Assembly (NCBI GenBank): GCA_964057225.1
Contig: OZ059896.1
Span: 5,766,001-5,830,000 of the forward strand
DNA from: Auanema rhodensis
Lineage: Eukaryota; Animalia; Nematoda
DNA length: 64,000 nucleotides
Direction of reading: 5' to 3'
Within the stretch, counting starts at the first letter, position 1. Every line of letters begins with the position of its first letter. Shown here piece by piece: positions 40,301 through 55,390 of this stretch. The notes under the pieces were generated by a model, which ran no database searches, was not told the origin of the DNA, and worked only from the letters and a program-made list of their open reading frames with translations. Both the position numbers and the translations under genes were made by a program.

Positions 40301-43300
40301 ACAGATCGACGCAGCTTAAAAAACCGCATCGAATGCACTATATCACATTGAGAAACGCTTAATACAAAAATTAGTTATGATCGTTTGAAAAATGATGCAT
40401 TAGTGTATGTTGAGTTTCCATGTACACTCAAAATTGCTTCCAAAAACATTTTGACAAAAATTTTTTCGAAAAATTTCAAAATAATTTAGCAAAAAGTAGA
40501 TGTTTTTAGATTTCTTTTTTCAAGGCAAAAACGATGGACAATGTTATTCAACGAAAAAATTAATTCTTCAGGGTGAAAATCGAGGATATAAGTGTGAACT
40601 TATATCAGTTGATATCTCGGTGCATTTTTAAGCTAGCGCAAATCTGATAACACAGATCGACGCAGCTTAAAAATCCGCATCGAATGCACTATATTACATT
40701 GAGTAAAGCTTAATACAAAAATTAGTTATGATCGTTTGAAAAATGATGCATTAGTGTATGTTGAGTTTCCATGTACACTCAAAATTGCTTCCAAAAACAT
40801 TTTGACAAAAATGTTTTCCAAAAATTTCAAAATAATTTAGCAAAAAGTAGATGTTTTTAGATTCCTTTTTGCAAGGCAAAAACGATGGACAATGTTATTC
40901 AACGAAAAAATTAATTCTTCAGGGTGAAAATCGAGGATATAGGTGTGAACTTATATCAGTTGATATCTCTGTGCATTTTCAAGCTAGCGCAAATCTGATA
41001 GTACAGATCGACGCAGCTTAAAAATCCGCATCGAATGCACTATATTACATTGAGTAAAGCTTAATACAAAAATTAGTTATGATCGTTTGAAAAATGATGC
41101 ATTAGTGTATGTTGAGTTTCCATGTACACTCAAAATTGCTTCCAAAAACATTTTGACAAAAATTTTTTCGAAAAATTTCAAAATAATTTAGCAAAAAGTA
41201 GATGTTTTTAGATTCCTTTTTTCAAGGCAAAAACGATGGACAATGTCATTCAACGAAAAAATTAATTCTTCAGGGTGAAAATCGAGGATATAAGTGTGAA
41301 CTTATATCAGTTGATATCTCGGTGCATTTTTAAGCTAGCGCAAATCTGATAACACAGATCGACGCAGCTTAAAAATCCGCATCGAATGCACTATACTACA
41401 TTGAGAAAAGCTAAATACAAAAATTAGTTATGATCGTTTGAAAAATGATGCATTAGTGTATGTTGAGTTTCCATGTACACTCAACATTGCTTCCAAAAAC
41501 ATTTTGACAAAATTTTTTCGAAAAATTTCAGAATAATTTAGCAAAAAGTTGATGTTTTTAGATTCTTTTTTTCAAGGCAAAAACGATGGACAATGTTATT
41601 CAACGGAAAAATTAATTCTTCAGGGTGAAAATCGAGGATATAGGTGTGAACTTATATCAGTTGATATCTCGGTGCATTTTTAAGCTAGCGCAAATCTGAT
41701 AACACAGATCGACGCAGCTTAAAAAACCGCATCGAATGCACTATATCACACTGAGAAACGCTTAATACAAAAATTAGTTATGATCGTTTGAAAAATGATG
41801 CATTAGTGTATGTTGAGTTTCCATGTACACTCAAAATTGCTTCCAAAAACATTTTGACAAAAATTTTTTCGAAAAATTTCAAAATAATTTAGCAAAAAGT
41901 AGATGTTTTTAGATTTCTTTTTTCAAGGCAAAAACGATGGACAATGTTATTCAACGAAAAAATTAATTCTTCAGGGTGAAAATCGAGGATATAAGTGTGA
42001 ACTTATATCAGTTGATATCTCGGTGCATTTTTAAGCTAGCGCAAATCTGATAACACAGATCGACGCAGCTTAAAAATCCGCATCGAATGCACTATATTAC
42101 ATTGAGTAAAGCTTAATACAAAAATTAGTTATGATCGTTTGAAAAATGATGCATTAGTGTATGTTGAGTTTCCATGTACACTCAAAATTGCTTCCAAAAA
42201 CATTTTGACAAAAATGTTTTCCAAAAATTTCAAAATAATTTAGCAAAAAGTAGATGTTTTTAGATTCCTTTTTGCAAGGCAAAAACGATGGACAATGTTA
42301 TTCAACGAAAAAATTAATTCTTCAGGGTGAAAATCGAGGATATAGGTGTGAACTTATATCAGTTGATATCTCTGTGCATTTTCAAGCTAGCGCAAATCTG
42401 ATAGTACAGATCGACGCAGCTTAAAAATCCGCATCGAATGCACTATATTACATTGAGTAAAGCTTAATACAAAAATTAGTTATGATCGTTTGAAAAATGA
42501 TGCATTAGTGTATGTTGAGTTTCCATGTACACTCAAAATTGCTTAAAAAACATTTTGACAAAAATTTTTTCGAAAAATTTCAAAATAATTTAGCAAAAAG
42601 TAGATGTTTTTAGATTCCTTTTTTCGAGGCAAAAACGATGGACAATGTTATTCAACGAAAAAATTAATTCTTCAGGGTGAAAATCGAGGATATAAGTGTG
42701 AACTTATATCAGTTGATATCTCGGTGCATTTTTAAGCTAGCGCAAATCTGATAACACAGATCGACGCAGCTTAAAAATCCGCATCGAATGCACTATATTA
42801 CATTGAGAAAAGCTTAATACAAAAATTATTTATGATCGTTTGAAAAATGATGCATTAGTGTATGTTGAGTTTCCATGTACACTCAAAATTGCTTCCAAAA
42901 ACATTTTGACAAAAATTTTTTCGAAAAATTTCAAAATAATTTAGCAAAAAGTAGATGTTTTTAGATTCCTTTTTTCAAGGCAAAAACGATGGACAATGTC
43001 ATTCAACGAAAAAATTAATTCTTCAGGGTGAAAATCGAGGATATAAGTGTGAACTTATATCAGTTGATATCTCGGTGCATTTTTAAGCTAGCGCAAATCT
43101 GATAACACAGATCGACGCAGCTTAAAAATCCGCATCGAATGCACTATACTACATTGAGAAAAGCTAAATACAAAAATTAGTTATGATCGTTTGAAAAATG
43201 ATGCATTAGTGTATGTTGAGTTTCCATGTACACTCAACATTGCTTCCAAAAACATTTTGACAAAAATTTTTTCGAAAAATTTCAAAATAATTTAGTAGAA

Positions 43301-46300
43301 AGTAGATGTTTTTAGATTCCTTTTTCCAAGGCAAAAACGATGGACAATGTTATTCAACGAAAAAATTAATTCTTCAGGGTGAAAATCGAGGATATAAGTG
43401 TGAACTTATATCAGTTGATATCTCGGTGCATTTTCAAGCTAGCGCAAATCTGATAGTACAGATCGACGCAGCTTAAAAATCCGCATCGAATGCACTATAC
43501 TACATTGAGAAACGCTTAATACAAAAATTAGTTATGATCGTTTGAAAAATGATGCATTAGTGTATGTTGGGTTTCCATGTACACTCAACATTGCTTCCAA
43601 AAACATTTTGACAAAAATTTTTTCGAAAAATTTCAAAATAATTTAGCAAAAAGTAGATGTTTTTAGATTTCTTTTTTCAAGGCAAAAACGATGGACAATG
43701 TTATTCAACGAAAAAATTAATTCTTCAGGGTGAAAATCGAGGATATAAGTGTGAACTTATATCAGTTGATATCTCGGTGCATTTTTAAGCTAGCGCAAAT
43801 CTGATAACACAGATCGACGCAGCTTAAAAATCCGCATCGAATGCACTATACTACATTGAGAAACGCTTAATACAAAAATTAGTTATGATCGTTTGAAAAA
43901 TGATGCATTAGTGTATGTTGAGTTTCCATGTACACTCAAAATTGCTTCCAAAAACATTTTGACAAAAATTTTTTCGAAAAATTTCAAAATAATTTAGCAA
44001 AAAGTAGATGTTTTTAGATTCCTTTTTTCGAGGCAAAAACGATGGACAATGTTATTCAACGAAAAAATTAATTCTTCAGGGTGAAAATCGAGGATATAAG
44101 TGTGAACTTATATCAGTTGATATCTCGGTGCATTTTTAAGCTAGCGCAAATCTGATTGTACAGATCGACGCAGCTTAAAAATCCACATCGAATGCACTAT
44201 ATTACATTGAGAAAAGCTAAATACAAAAATTAGTTATGATCGTTTGAAAAATGATGCATTAGTGTATGTTGAGTTTCCATGTACACTCAAAATTGCTTCC
44301 AAAAACATTTTGACAAAAATTTTTTCGAAAAATTTGAAAATAATTTAGCAAAAAGTAGATGTTTTTAGATTCCTTTTTTCAAGGCAAAAACGATGGACAA
44401 TGTTATTCAACGAAAAAATTAATTCTTCAGGGTGAAAATCGAGGATATAAGTGTGAACTTATATCAGTTGATATCTCGGTGCATTTTTAAGCTAGCGCAA
44501 ATCTGATAGTACAGATCGACGCAGCTTAAAAATCCGCATCGAATGCACTATATTACATTGAGTAAAGCTTAATACAAAAATTAGTTATGATCGTTTGAAA
44601 AATGATGCATTAGTGTATGTTGAGTTTCCATGTACACTCAAAATTGCTTAAAAAACATTTTGACAAAAATTTTTTCGAAAAATTTCAAAATAATTTAGCA
44701 AAAAGTAGATGTTTTTAGATTCCTTTTTTCAAGGCAAAAACGATGGACAATGTCATTCAACGAAAAAATTAATTCTTCAGGGTGAAAATCGAGGATATAA
44801 GTGTGAACTTATATCAGTTGATATCTCGGTGCATTTTTAAGCTAGCGCAAATCTGATAACACAGATCGACGCAGCTTAAAAATCCGCATCGAATGCACTA
44901 TACTACATTGAGAAACGCTTAATACAAAAATTATTTATGATCGTTTGAAAAATGATGCATTAGTGTATGTTGAGTTTCCATGTACACTCAAAATTGCTTC
45001 CAAAAACATTTTGACAAAAATTTTTTCAAAAAATTTCAAAATAATTTAGCAAAAAGTAGATGTTTTTAGATTCCTTTTTTCAAGGCAAAAACGATGGACA
45101 ATGTCATTCAACGAAAAAATTAATTCTTCAGGGTGAAAATCGAGGATATAAGTGTGAACTTATATCAGTTGATATCTCGGTGCATTTTTAAGCTAGCGCA
45201 AATCTGATAACACAGATCGACGCAGCTTAAAAATCCGCATCGAATGCACTATACTACATTGAGAAAAGCTAAATACAAAAATTAGTTATGATCGTTTGAA
45301 AAATGATGCATTAGTGTATGTTGAGTTTCCATGTACACTCAACATTGCTTCCAAAAACATTTTGACAAAAATTTTTTCGAAAAATTTCAAAATAATTTAG
45401 TAGAAAGTAGATGTTTTTAGATTCCTTTTTCCAAGGCAAAAACGATGGACAATGTTATTCAACGAAAAAATTAATTCTTCAGGGTGAAAATCGAGGATAT
45501 AAGTGTGAACTTATATCAGTTGATATCTCGGTGCATTTTCAAGCTAGCGCAAATCTGATAGTACAGATCGACGCAGCTTAAAAATCCGCATCGAATGCAC
45601 TATACTACATTGAGAAACGCTTAATACAAAAATTAGTTATGATCGTTTGAAAAATGATGCATTAGTGTATGTTGGGTTTCCATGTACACTCAACATTGCT
45701 TCCAAAAACATTTTGACAAAAATTTTTTCGAAAAATTTCAAAATAATTTAGCAAAAAGTAGATGTTTTTAGATTTCTTTTTTCAAGGCAAAAACGATGGA
45801 CAATGTTATTCAACGAAAAAATTAATTCTTCAGGGTGAAAATCGAGGATATAAGTGTGAACTTATATCAGTTGATATCTCGGTGCATTTTTAAGCTAGCG
45901 CAAATCTGATAACACAGATCGACGCAGCTTAAAAATCCGCATCGAATGCACTATACTACATTGAGAAACGCTTAATACAAAAATTAGTTATGATCGTTTG
46001 AAAAATGATGCATTAGTGTATGTTGAGTTTCCATGTACACTCAAAATTGCTTCCAAAAACATTTTGACAAAAATTTTTTCGAAAAATTTCAAAATAATTT
46101 AGCAAAAAGTAGATGTTTTTAGATTCCTTTTTTCGAGGCAAAAACGATGGACAATGTTATTCAACGAAAAAATTAATTCTTCAGGGTGAAAATCGAGGAT
46201 ATAAGTGTGAACTTATATCAGTTGATATCTCGGTGCATTTTTAAGCTAGCGCAAATCTGATTGTACAGATCGACGCAGCTTAAAAATCCACATCGAATGC

Positions 46301-49300
46301 ACTATATTACATTGAGAAAAGCTAAATACAAAAATTAGTTATGATCGTTTGAAAAATGATGCATTAGTGTATGTTGAGTTTCCATGTACACTCAAAATTG
46401 CTTCCAAAAACATTTTGACAAAAATTTTTTCGAAAAATTTGAAAATAATTTAGCAAAAAGTAGATGTTTTTAGATTCCTTTTTTCAAGGCAAAAACGATG
46501 GACAATGTTATTCAACGAAAAAATTAATTCTTCAGGGTGAAAATCGAGGATATAAGTGTGAACTTATATCAGTTGATATCTCGGTGCATTTTTAAGCTAG
46601 CGCAAATCTGATAGTACAGATCGACGCAGCTTAAAAATCCGCATCGAATGCACTATATTACATTGAGTAAAGCTTAATACAAAAATTAGTTATGATCGTT
46701 TGAAAAATGATGCATTAGTGTATGTTGAGTTTCCATGTACACTCAAAATTGCTTAAAAAACATTTTGACAAAAATTTTTTCGAAAAATTTCAAAATAATT
46801 TAGCAAAAAGTAGATGTTTTTAGATTCCTTTTTTCAAGGCAAAAACGATGGACAATGTCATTCAACGAAAAAATTAATTCTTCAGGGTGAAAATCGAGGA
46901 TATAAGTGTGAACTTATATCAGTTGATATCTCGGTGCATTTTTAAGCTAGCGCAAATCTGATAACACAGATCGACGCAGCTTAAAAATCCGCATCGAATG
47001 CACTATACTACATTGAGAAAAGCTAAATACAAAAATTAGTTATGATCGTTTGAAAAATGATGCATTAGTGTATGTTGAGTTTCCATGTACACTCAACATT
47101 GCTTCCAAAAACATTTTGACAAAAATTTTTTCGAAAAATTTCAAAATAATTTAGTAGAAAGTAGATGTTTTTAGATTCCTTTTTCCAAGGCAAAAACGAT
47201 GGACAATGTTATTCAACGAAAAAATTAATTCTTCAGGGTGAAAATCGAGGATATAAGTGTGAACTTATATCAGTTGATATCTCGGTGCATTTTCAAGCTA
47301 GCGCAAATCTGATAGTACAGATCGACGCAGCTTAAAAATCCGCATCGAATGCACTATACTACATTGAGAAACGCTTAATACAAAAATTAGTTATGATCGT
47401 TTGAAAAATGATGCATTAGTGTATGTTGGGTTTCCATGTACACTCAACATTGCTTCCAAAAACATTTTGACAAAAATTTTTTCGAAAAATTTCAAAATAA
47501 TTTAGCAAAAAGTAGATGTTTTTAGATTTCTTTTTTCAAGGCAAAAACGATGGACAATGTTATTCAACGAAAAAATTAATTCTTCAGGGTGAAAATCGAG
47601 GATATAAGTGTGAACTTATATCAGTTGATATCTCGGTGCATTTTTAAGCTAGCGCAAATCTGATAACACAGATCGACGCAGCTTAAAAATCCGCATCGAA
47701 TGCACTATACTACATTGAGAAACGCTTAATACAAAAATTAGTTATGATCGTTTGAAAAATGATGCATTAGTGTATGTTGAGTTTCCATGTACACTCAAAA
47801 TTGCTTCCAAAAACATTTTGACAAAAATTTTTTCGAAAAATTTCAAAATAATTTAGCAAAAAGTAGATGTTTTTAGATTCCTTTTTTCGAGGCAAAAACG
47901 ATGGACAATGTTATTCAACGAAAAAATTAATTCTTCAGGGTGAAAATCGAGGATATAAGTGTGAACTTATATCAGTTGATATCTCGGTGCATTTTTAAGC
48001 TAGCGCAAATCTGATTGTACAGATCGACGCAGCTTAAAAATCCACATCGAATGCACTATATTACATTGAGAAAAGCTAAATACAAAAATTAGTTATGATC
48101 GTTTGAAAAATGATGCATTAGTGTATGTTGAGTTTCCATGTACACTCAAAATTGCTTCCAAAAACATTTTGACAAAAATTTTTTCGAAAAATTTGAAAAT
48201 AATTTAGCAAAAAGTAGATGTTTTTAGATTCCTTTTTTCAAGGCAAAAACGATGGACAATGTTATTCAACGAAAAAATTAATTCTTCAGGGTGAAAATCG
48301 AGGATATAGGTGTGAACTTATATCAGTTGATATCTCGGTGCATTTTCAAGCTAGCGCAAATCTGATAGTACAGATCGACGCAGCTTAAAAATCCGCATCG
48401 AATGCACTATACTACATTGAGAAACGCTTAATACAAAAATTAGTTATGATCGTTTGAAAAATGATGCATTAGTGTATGTTGGGTTTCCATGTACACTCAA
48501 AATTGCTTCCAAAAACATTTTGACAAAAATGTTTTCCAAAAATTTCAAAATAATTTAGCAAAAAGTAGATGTTTTTAGATTCCTTTTTGCAAGGCAAAAA
48601 CGATGGACAATGTTATTCAACGAAAAAATTAATTCTTCAGGGTGAAAATCGAGGATATAGGTGTGAACTTATATCAGTTGATATCTCTGTGCATTTTCAA
48701 GCTAGCGCAAATCTGATAGTACAGATCGACGCAGCTTAAAAATCCGCATCGAATGCACTATATTACATTGAGAAAAGCTTAATACAAAAATTATTTATGA
48801 TCGTTTGAAAAATGATGCATTAGTGTATGTTGAGTTTCCATGTACACTCAAAATTGCTTCCAAAAACATTTTGACAAAAATTTTTTCGAAAAATTTCAAA
48901 ATAATTTAGCAAAAAGTAGATGTTTTTAGATTCCTTTTTTCAAGGCAAAAACGATGGACAATGTCATTCAACGAAAAAATTAATTCTTCAGGGTGAAAAT
49001 CGAGGATATAAGTGTGAACTTATATCAGTTGATATCTCTGTGCATTTTCAAGCTAGCGCAAATCTGATAGTACAGATCGACGCAGCTTAAAAATCCGCAT
49101 CGAATGCACTATATTACATTGAGAAAAGCTAAATACAAAAATTAGTTATGATCGTTTGAAAAATGATGCATTAGTGTATGTTGAGTTTCCATGTACACTC
49201 AACATTGCTTCCAAAAACATTTTGACAAAAATTTTTTCGAAAAATTTCAAAATAATTTAGTAGAAAGTAGATGTTTTTAGATTCCTTTTTCCAAGGCAAA

Positions 49301-52300
49301 AACGATGGACAATGTTATTCAACGAAAAAATTAATTCTTCAGGGTGAAAATCGAGGATATAAGTGTGAACTTATATCAGTTGATATCTCGGTGCATTTTC
49401 AAGCTAGCGCAAATCTGATAGTACAGATCGACGCAGCTTAAAAATCCGCATCGAATGCACTATACTACATTGAGAAACGCTTAATACAAAAATTAGTTAT
49501 GATCGTTTGAAAAATGATGCATTAGTGTATGTTGGGTTTCCATGTACACTCAACATTGCTTCCAAAAACATTTTGACAAAAATTTTTTCGAAAAATTTCA
49601 AAATAATTTAGCAAAAAGTAGATGTTTTTAGATTTCTTTTTTCAAGGCAAAAACGATGGACAATGTTATTCAACGAAAAAATTAATTCTTCAGGGTGAAA
49701 ATCGAGGATATAAGTGTGAACTTATATCAGTTGATATCTCGGTGCATTTTTAAGCTAGCGCAAATCTGATAACACAGATCGACGCAGCTTAAAAATCCGC
49801 ATCGAATGCACTATACTACATTGAGAAACGCTTAATACAAAAATTAGTTATGATCGTTTGAAAAATGATGCATTAGTGTATGTTGAGTTTCCATGTACAC
49901 TCAAAATTGCTTCCAAAAACATTTTGACAAAAATTTTTTCGAAAAATTTCAAAATAATTTAGCAAAAAGTAGATGTTTTTAGATTCCTTTTTTCGAGGCA
50001 AAAACGATGGACAATGTTATTCAACGAAAAAATTAATTCTTCAGGGTGAAAATCGAGGATATAAGTGTGAACTTATATCAGTTGATATCTCGGTGCATTT
50101 TTAAGCTAGCGCAAATCTGATTGTACAGATCGACGCAGCTTAAAAATCCACATCGAATGCACTATATTACATTGAGAAAAGCTAAATACAAAAATTAGTT
50201 ATGATCGTTTGAAAAATGATGCATTAGTGTATGTTGAGTTTCCATGTACACTCAAAATTGCTTCCAAAAACATTTTGACAAAAATTTTTTCGAAAAATTT
50301 GAAAATAATTTAGCAAAAAGTAGATGTTTTTAGATTCCTTTTTTCAAGGCAAAAACGATGGACAATGTTATTCAACGAAAAAATTAATTCTTCAGGGTGA
50401 AAATCGAGGATATAAGTGTGAACTTATATCAGTTGATATCTCGGTGCATTTTTAAGCTAGCGCAAATCTGATAGTACAGATCGACGCAGCTTAAAAATCC
50501 GCATCGAATGCACTATATTACATTGAGTAAAGCTTAATACAAAAATTAGTTATGATCGTTTGAAAAATGATGCATTAGTGTATGTTGAGTTTCCATGTAC
50601 ACTCAACATTGCTTCCAAAAACATTTTGACAAAAATTTTTTCGAAAAATTTCAAAATAATTTAGTAGAAAGTAGATGTTTTTAGATTCCTTTTTCCAAGG
50701 CAAAAACGATGGACAATGTTATTCAACGAAAAAATTAATTCTTCAGGGTGAAAATCGAGGATATAAGTGTGAACTTATATCAGTTGATATCTCGGTGCAT
50801 TTTCAAGCTAGCGCAAATCTGATAGTACAGATCGACGCAGCTTAAAAATCCGCATCGAATGCACTATACTACATTGAGAAACGCTTAATACAAAAATTAG
50901 TTATGATCGTTTGAAAAATGATGCATTAGTGTATGTTGGGTTTCCATGTACACTCAACATTGCTTCCAAAAACATTTTGACAAAAATTTTTTCGAAAAAT
51001 TTCAAAATAATTTAGCAAAAAGTAGATGTTTTTAGATTTCTTTTTTCAAGGCAAAAACGATGGACAATGTTATTCAACGAAAAAATTAATTCTTCAGGGT
51101 GAAAATCGAGGATATAAGTGTGAACTTATATCAGTTGATATCTCGGTGCATTTTTAAGCTAGCGCAAATCTGATAACACAGATCGACGCAGCTTAAAAAT
51201 CCGCATCGAATGCACTATACTACATTGAGAAACGCTTAATACAAAAATTAGTTATGATCGTTTGAAAAATGATGCATTAGTGTATGTTGAGTTTCCATGT
51301 ACACTCAAAATTGCTTCCAAAAACATTTTGACAAAAATTTTTTCGAAAAATTTCAAAATAATTTAGCAAAAAGTAGATGTTTTTAGATTCCTTTTTTCGA
51401 GGCAAAAACGATGGACAATGTTATTCAACGAAAAAATTAATTCTTCAGGGTGAAAATCGAGGATATAAGTGTGAACTTATATCAGTTGATATCTCGGTGC
51501 ATTTTTAAGCTAGCGCAAATCTGATTGTACAGATCGACGCAGCTTAAAAATCCACATCGAATGCACTATATTACATTGAGAAAAGCTAAATACAAAAATT
51601 AGTTATGATCGTTTGAAAAATGATGCATTAGTGTATGTTGAGTTTCCATGTACACTCAAAATTGCTTCCAAAAACATTTTGACAAAAATTTTTTCGAAAA
51701 ATTTGAAAATAATTTAGCAAAAAGTAGATGTTTTTAGATTCCTTTTTTCAAGGCAAAAACGATGGACAATGTTATTCAACGAAAAAATTAATTCTTCAGG
51801 GTGAAAATCGAGGATATAGGTGTGAACTTATATCAGTTGATATCTCGGTGCATTTTCAAGCTAGCGCAAATCTGATAGTACAGATCGACGCAGCTTAAAA
51901 ATCCGCATCGAATGCACTATACTACATTGAGAAACGCTTAATACAAAAATTAGTTATGATCGTTTGAAAAATGATGCATTAGTGTATGTTGGGTTTCCAT
52001 GTACACTCAACATTGCTTCCAAAAACATTTTGACAAAAATTTTTTCGAAAAATTTCAAAATAATTTAGCAAAAAGTAGATGTTTTTAGATTCCTTTTTTC
52101 AAGGCAAAAACGATGGACAATGTCATTCAACGAAAAAATTAATTCTTCAGGGTGAAAATCGAGGATATAAGTGTGAACCTATATCAGTTGATATCTCGGT
52201 GCATTTTCAAGCTAGCGCAAATCTGATAACACAGATCGACGCAGCTTAAAAATCCGCATCGAATGCACTATACTACATTGAGAAAAGCTAAATACAAAAA

Positions 52301-55300
52301 TTAGTTATGATCGTTTGAAAAATGATGCATTAGTGTATGTTGAGTTTCCATGTACACTCAACATTGCTTCCAAAAACATTTTGACAAAAATTTTTTCGAA
52401 AAATTTCAAAATAATTTAGTAGAAAGTAGATGTTTTTAGATTCCTTTTTCCAAGGCAAAAACGATGGACAATGTTATTCAACGAAAAAATTAATTCTTCA
52501 GGGTGAAAATCGAGGATATAAGTGTGAACTTATATCAGTTGATATCTCGGTGCATTTTCAAGCTAGCGCAAATCTGATAGTACAGATCGACGCAGCTTAA
52601 AAATCCGCATCGAATGCACTATACTACATTGAGAAACGCTTAATACAAAAATTAGTTATGATCGTTTGAAAAATGATGCATTAGTGTATGTTGGGTTTCC
52701 ATGTACACTCAACATTGCTTCCAAAAACATTTTGACAAAAATTTTTTCGAAAAATTTCAAAATAATTTAGCAAAAAGTAGATGTTTTTAGATTTCTTTTT
52801 TCAAGGCAAAAACGATGGACAATGTTATTCAACGAAAAAATTAATTCTTCAGGGTGAAAATCGAGGATATAAGTGTGAACTTATATCAGTTGATATCTCG
52901 GTGCATTTTCAAGCTAGCGCAAATCTGATAGTACAGATCGACGCAGCTTAAAAATCCGCATCGAATGCACTATACTACATTGAGAAACGCTTAATACAAA
53001 AATTAGTTATGATCGTTTGAAAAATGATGCATTAGTGTATGTTGGGTTTCCATGTACACTCAACATTGCTTCCAAAAACATTTTGACAAAAATTTTTTCG
53101 AAAAATTTCAAAATAATTTAGCAAAAAGTAGATGTTTTTAGATTTCTTTTTTCAAGGCAAAAACGATGGACAATGTTATTCAACGAAAAAATTAATTCTT
53201 CAGGGTGAAAATCGAGGATATAAGTGTGAACTTATATCAGTTGATATCTCGGTGCATTTTTAAGCTAGCGCAAATCTGATAACACAGATCGACGCAGCTT
53301 AAAAATCCGCATCGAATGCACTATACTACATTGAGAAACGCTTAATACAAAAATTAGTTATGATCGTTTGAAAAATGATGCATTAGTGTATGTTGAGTTT
53401 CCATGTACACTCAAAATTGCTTCCAAAAACATTTTGACAAAAATTTTTTCGAAAAATTTCAAAATAATTTAGCAAAAAGTAGATGTTTTTAGATTCCTTT
53501 TTTCGAGGCAAAAACGATGGACAATGTTATTCAACGAAAAAATTAATTCTTCAGGGTGAAAATCGAGGATATAAGTGTGAACTTATATCAGTTGATATCT
53601 CGGTGCATTTTTAAGCTAGCGCAAATCTGATTGTACAGATCGACGCAGCTTAAAAATCCACATCGAATGCACTATATTACATTGAGAAAAGCTAAATACA
53701 AAAATTAGTTATGATCGTTTGAAAAATGATGCATTAGTGTATGTTGAGTTTCCATGTACACTCAAAATTGCTTCCAAAAACATTTTGACAAAAATTTTTT
53801 CGAAAAATTTCAAAATAATTTAGTAGAAAGTAGATGTTTTTAGATTCCTTTTTCCAAGGCAAAAACGATGGACAATGTTATTCAACGAAAAAATCAATTC
53901 TTCAGGGTGAAAATCGAGGATATAAGTGTGAACTTATATCAGTTGATATCTCGGTGCATTTTTAAGCTAGCGCAAATCTGATAACACAGATCGACGCAGC
54001 TTAAAAATCCGCATCGAATGCACTATATTTCATTGAGAAAAGCTAAATACAAAAATTAGTTATGATCGTTTGAAAAATGATGCATTAGTGTATGTTGAGT
54101 TTCCATGTACACTCAACATTGCTTCCAAAAACATTTTGACAAAAATTTTTCGAAAAATTTCAAAATAACTTAGTAGAAAGTAGATGTTTTTAGATTCCTG
54201 TTTTCAAGGCAAAAACGATGGACAATGTTATTCAACGAAAAAATCAATTCTTCAGGGTGAAAATCGAGGATATAAGTGTGAACTTATATCAGTTGATATC
54301 TCGGTGCATTTTTAAGCTAGCGCAAATCTGATAACACAGATCGACGCAGCTTAAAAATCCGCATCGCATGCACTATATTACATTGAGAAAAGCTAAATAC
54401 AAAAATTAGTTATGATCGTTTGAAAAATGATGCATTAGTGTATGTTGAGTTTCCATGTACACTCAAAATTTCTTCCAAAAACATTTTGACAAAAATTTTT
54501 TCGAAAAATTTCATAATAATTTAGCAAAAAGTAGATGTTTTTAGATTTCTTTTTTCAAGGCAAAAACGATGGACAATGTTATTCAACGAAAAAATTAATT
54601 CTTCAGGGTGAAAATCGAGGATATAAGTGTGAACTTATATCAGTTGATATCTCGGTGCATTGTCAAGCTAGCGCAAATCTGATAGTACAGATCGACGCAG
54701 CTTAAAAATCCGCATCGAATGCACTATACTACATTGAGAAAAGCTAAATACAAAAATTAGTTATGATCGTTTGAAAAATGATGCATTAGTGTATGTTGAG
54801 TTTCCATGTACACTCAACATTGTTTCCAAAAACACTTTGACAAAAATTTTTTCGAAAAATTTGAAAATAATTTAGCAAAAAGTAGATGTTTTTAGATTCC
54901 TTTTTTCAAGGCAAAAACGATGGACAATGTTATTCAACGAAAAAATTAATTCTTCAGGGTGAAAATCGAGGATATAGGTGTGAACTTATATCAGTTGATA
55001 TCTCGGTGCATTTTCAAGCTAGCGCAAATCTGATAGTACAGATCGACGCAGCTTAAAAATCCGCATCGAATGCACTATACTACATTGAGAAACGCTTAAT
55101 ACAAAAATTAGTTATGATCGTTTGAAAAATGATGCATTAGTGTATGTTGGGTTTCCATGAACACTCAACATTGCTTCCAAAAACATTTTGACAAAAATTT
55201 TTTCGAAAAATTTCAAAATAATTTAGCAAAAGTAGATGTTTTTAGATTTCTTTTTTCAAGGCAAAAACGATGGACAATGTTATTCAACGAAAAAATTAAT

Positions 55301-55380
55301 TCTTCAGGGTGAAAATCGAGGATATAAGTGTGAACTTATATCAGTTGATATCTCGGTGCATTTTTAAGCTAGCGCAAATC

Positions 55381-55390
55381 CAATCAAATC
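55381..55390. other. Deletion junction of the truncated monomer, copy 5
   Basis: Identical junction. Both flanks carry AGCAAAAGTAG, one A shorter than usual. Confidence 0.93.
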
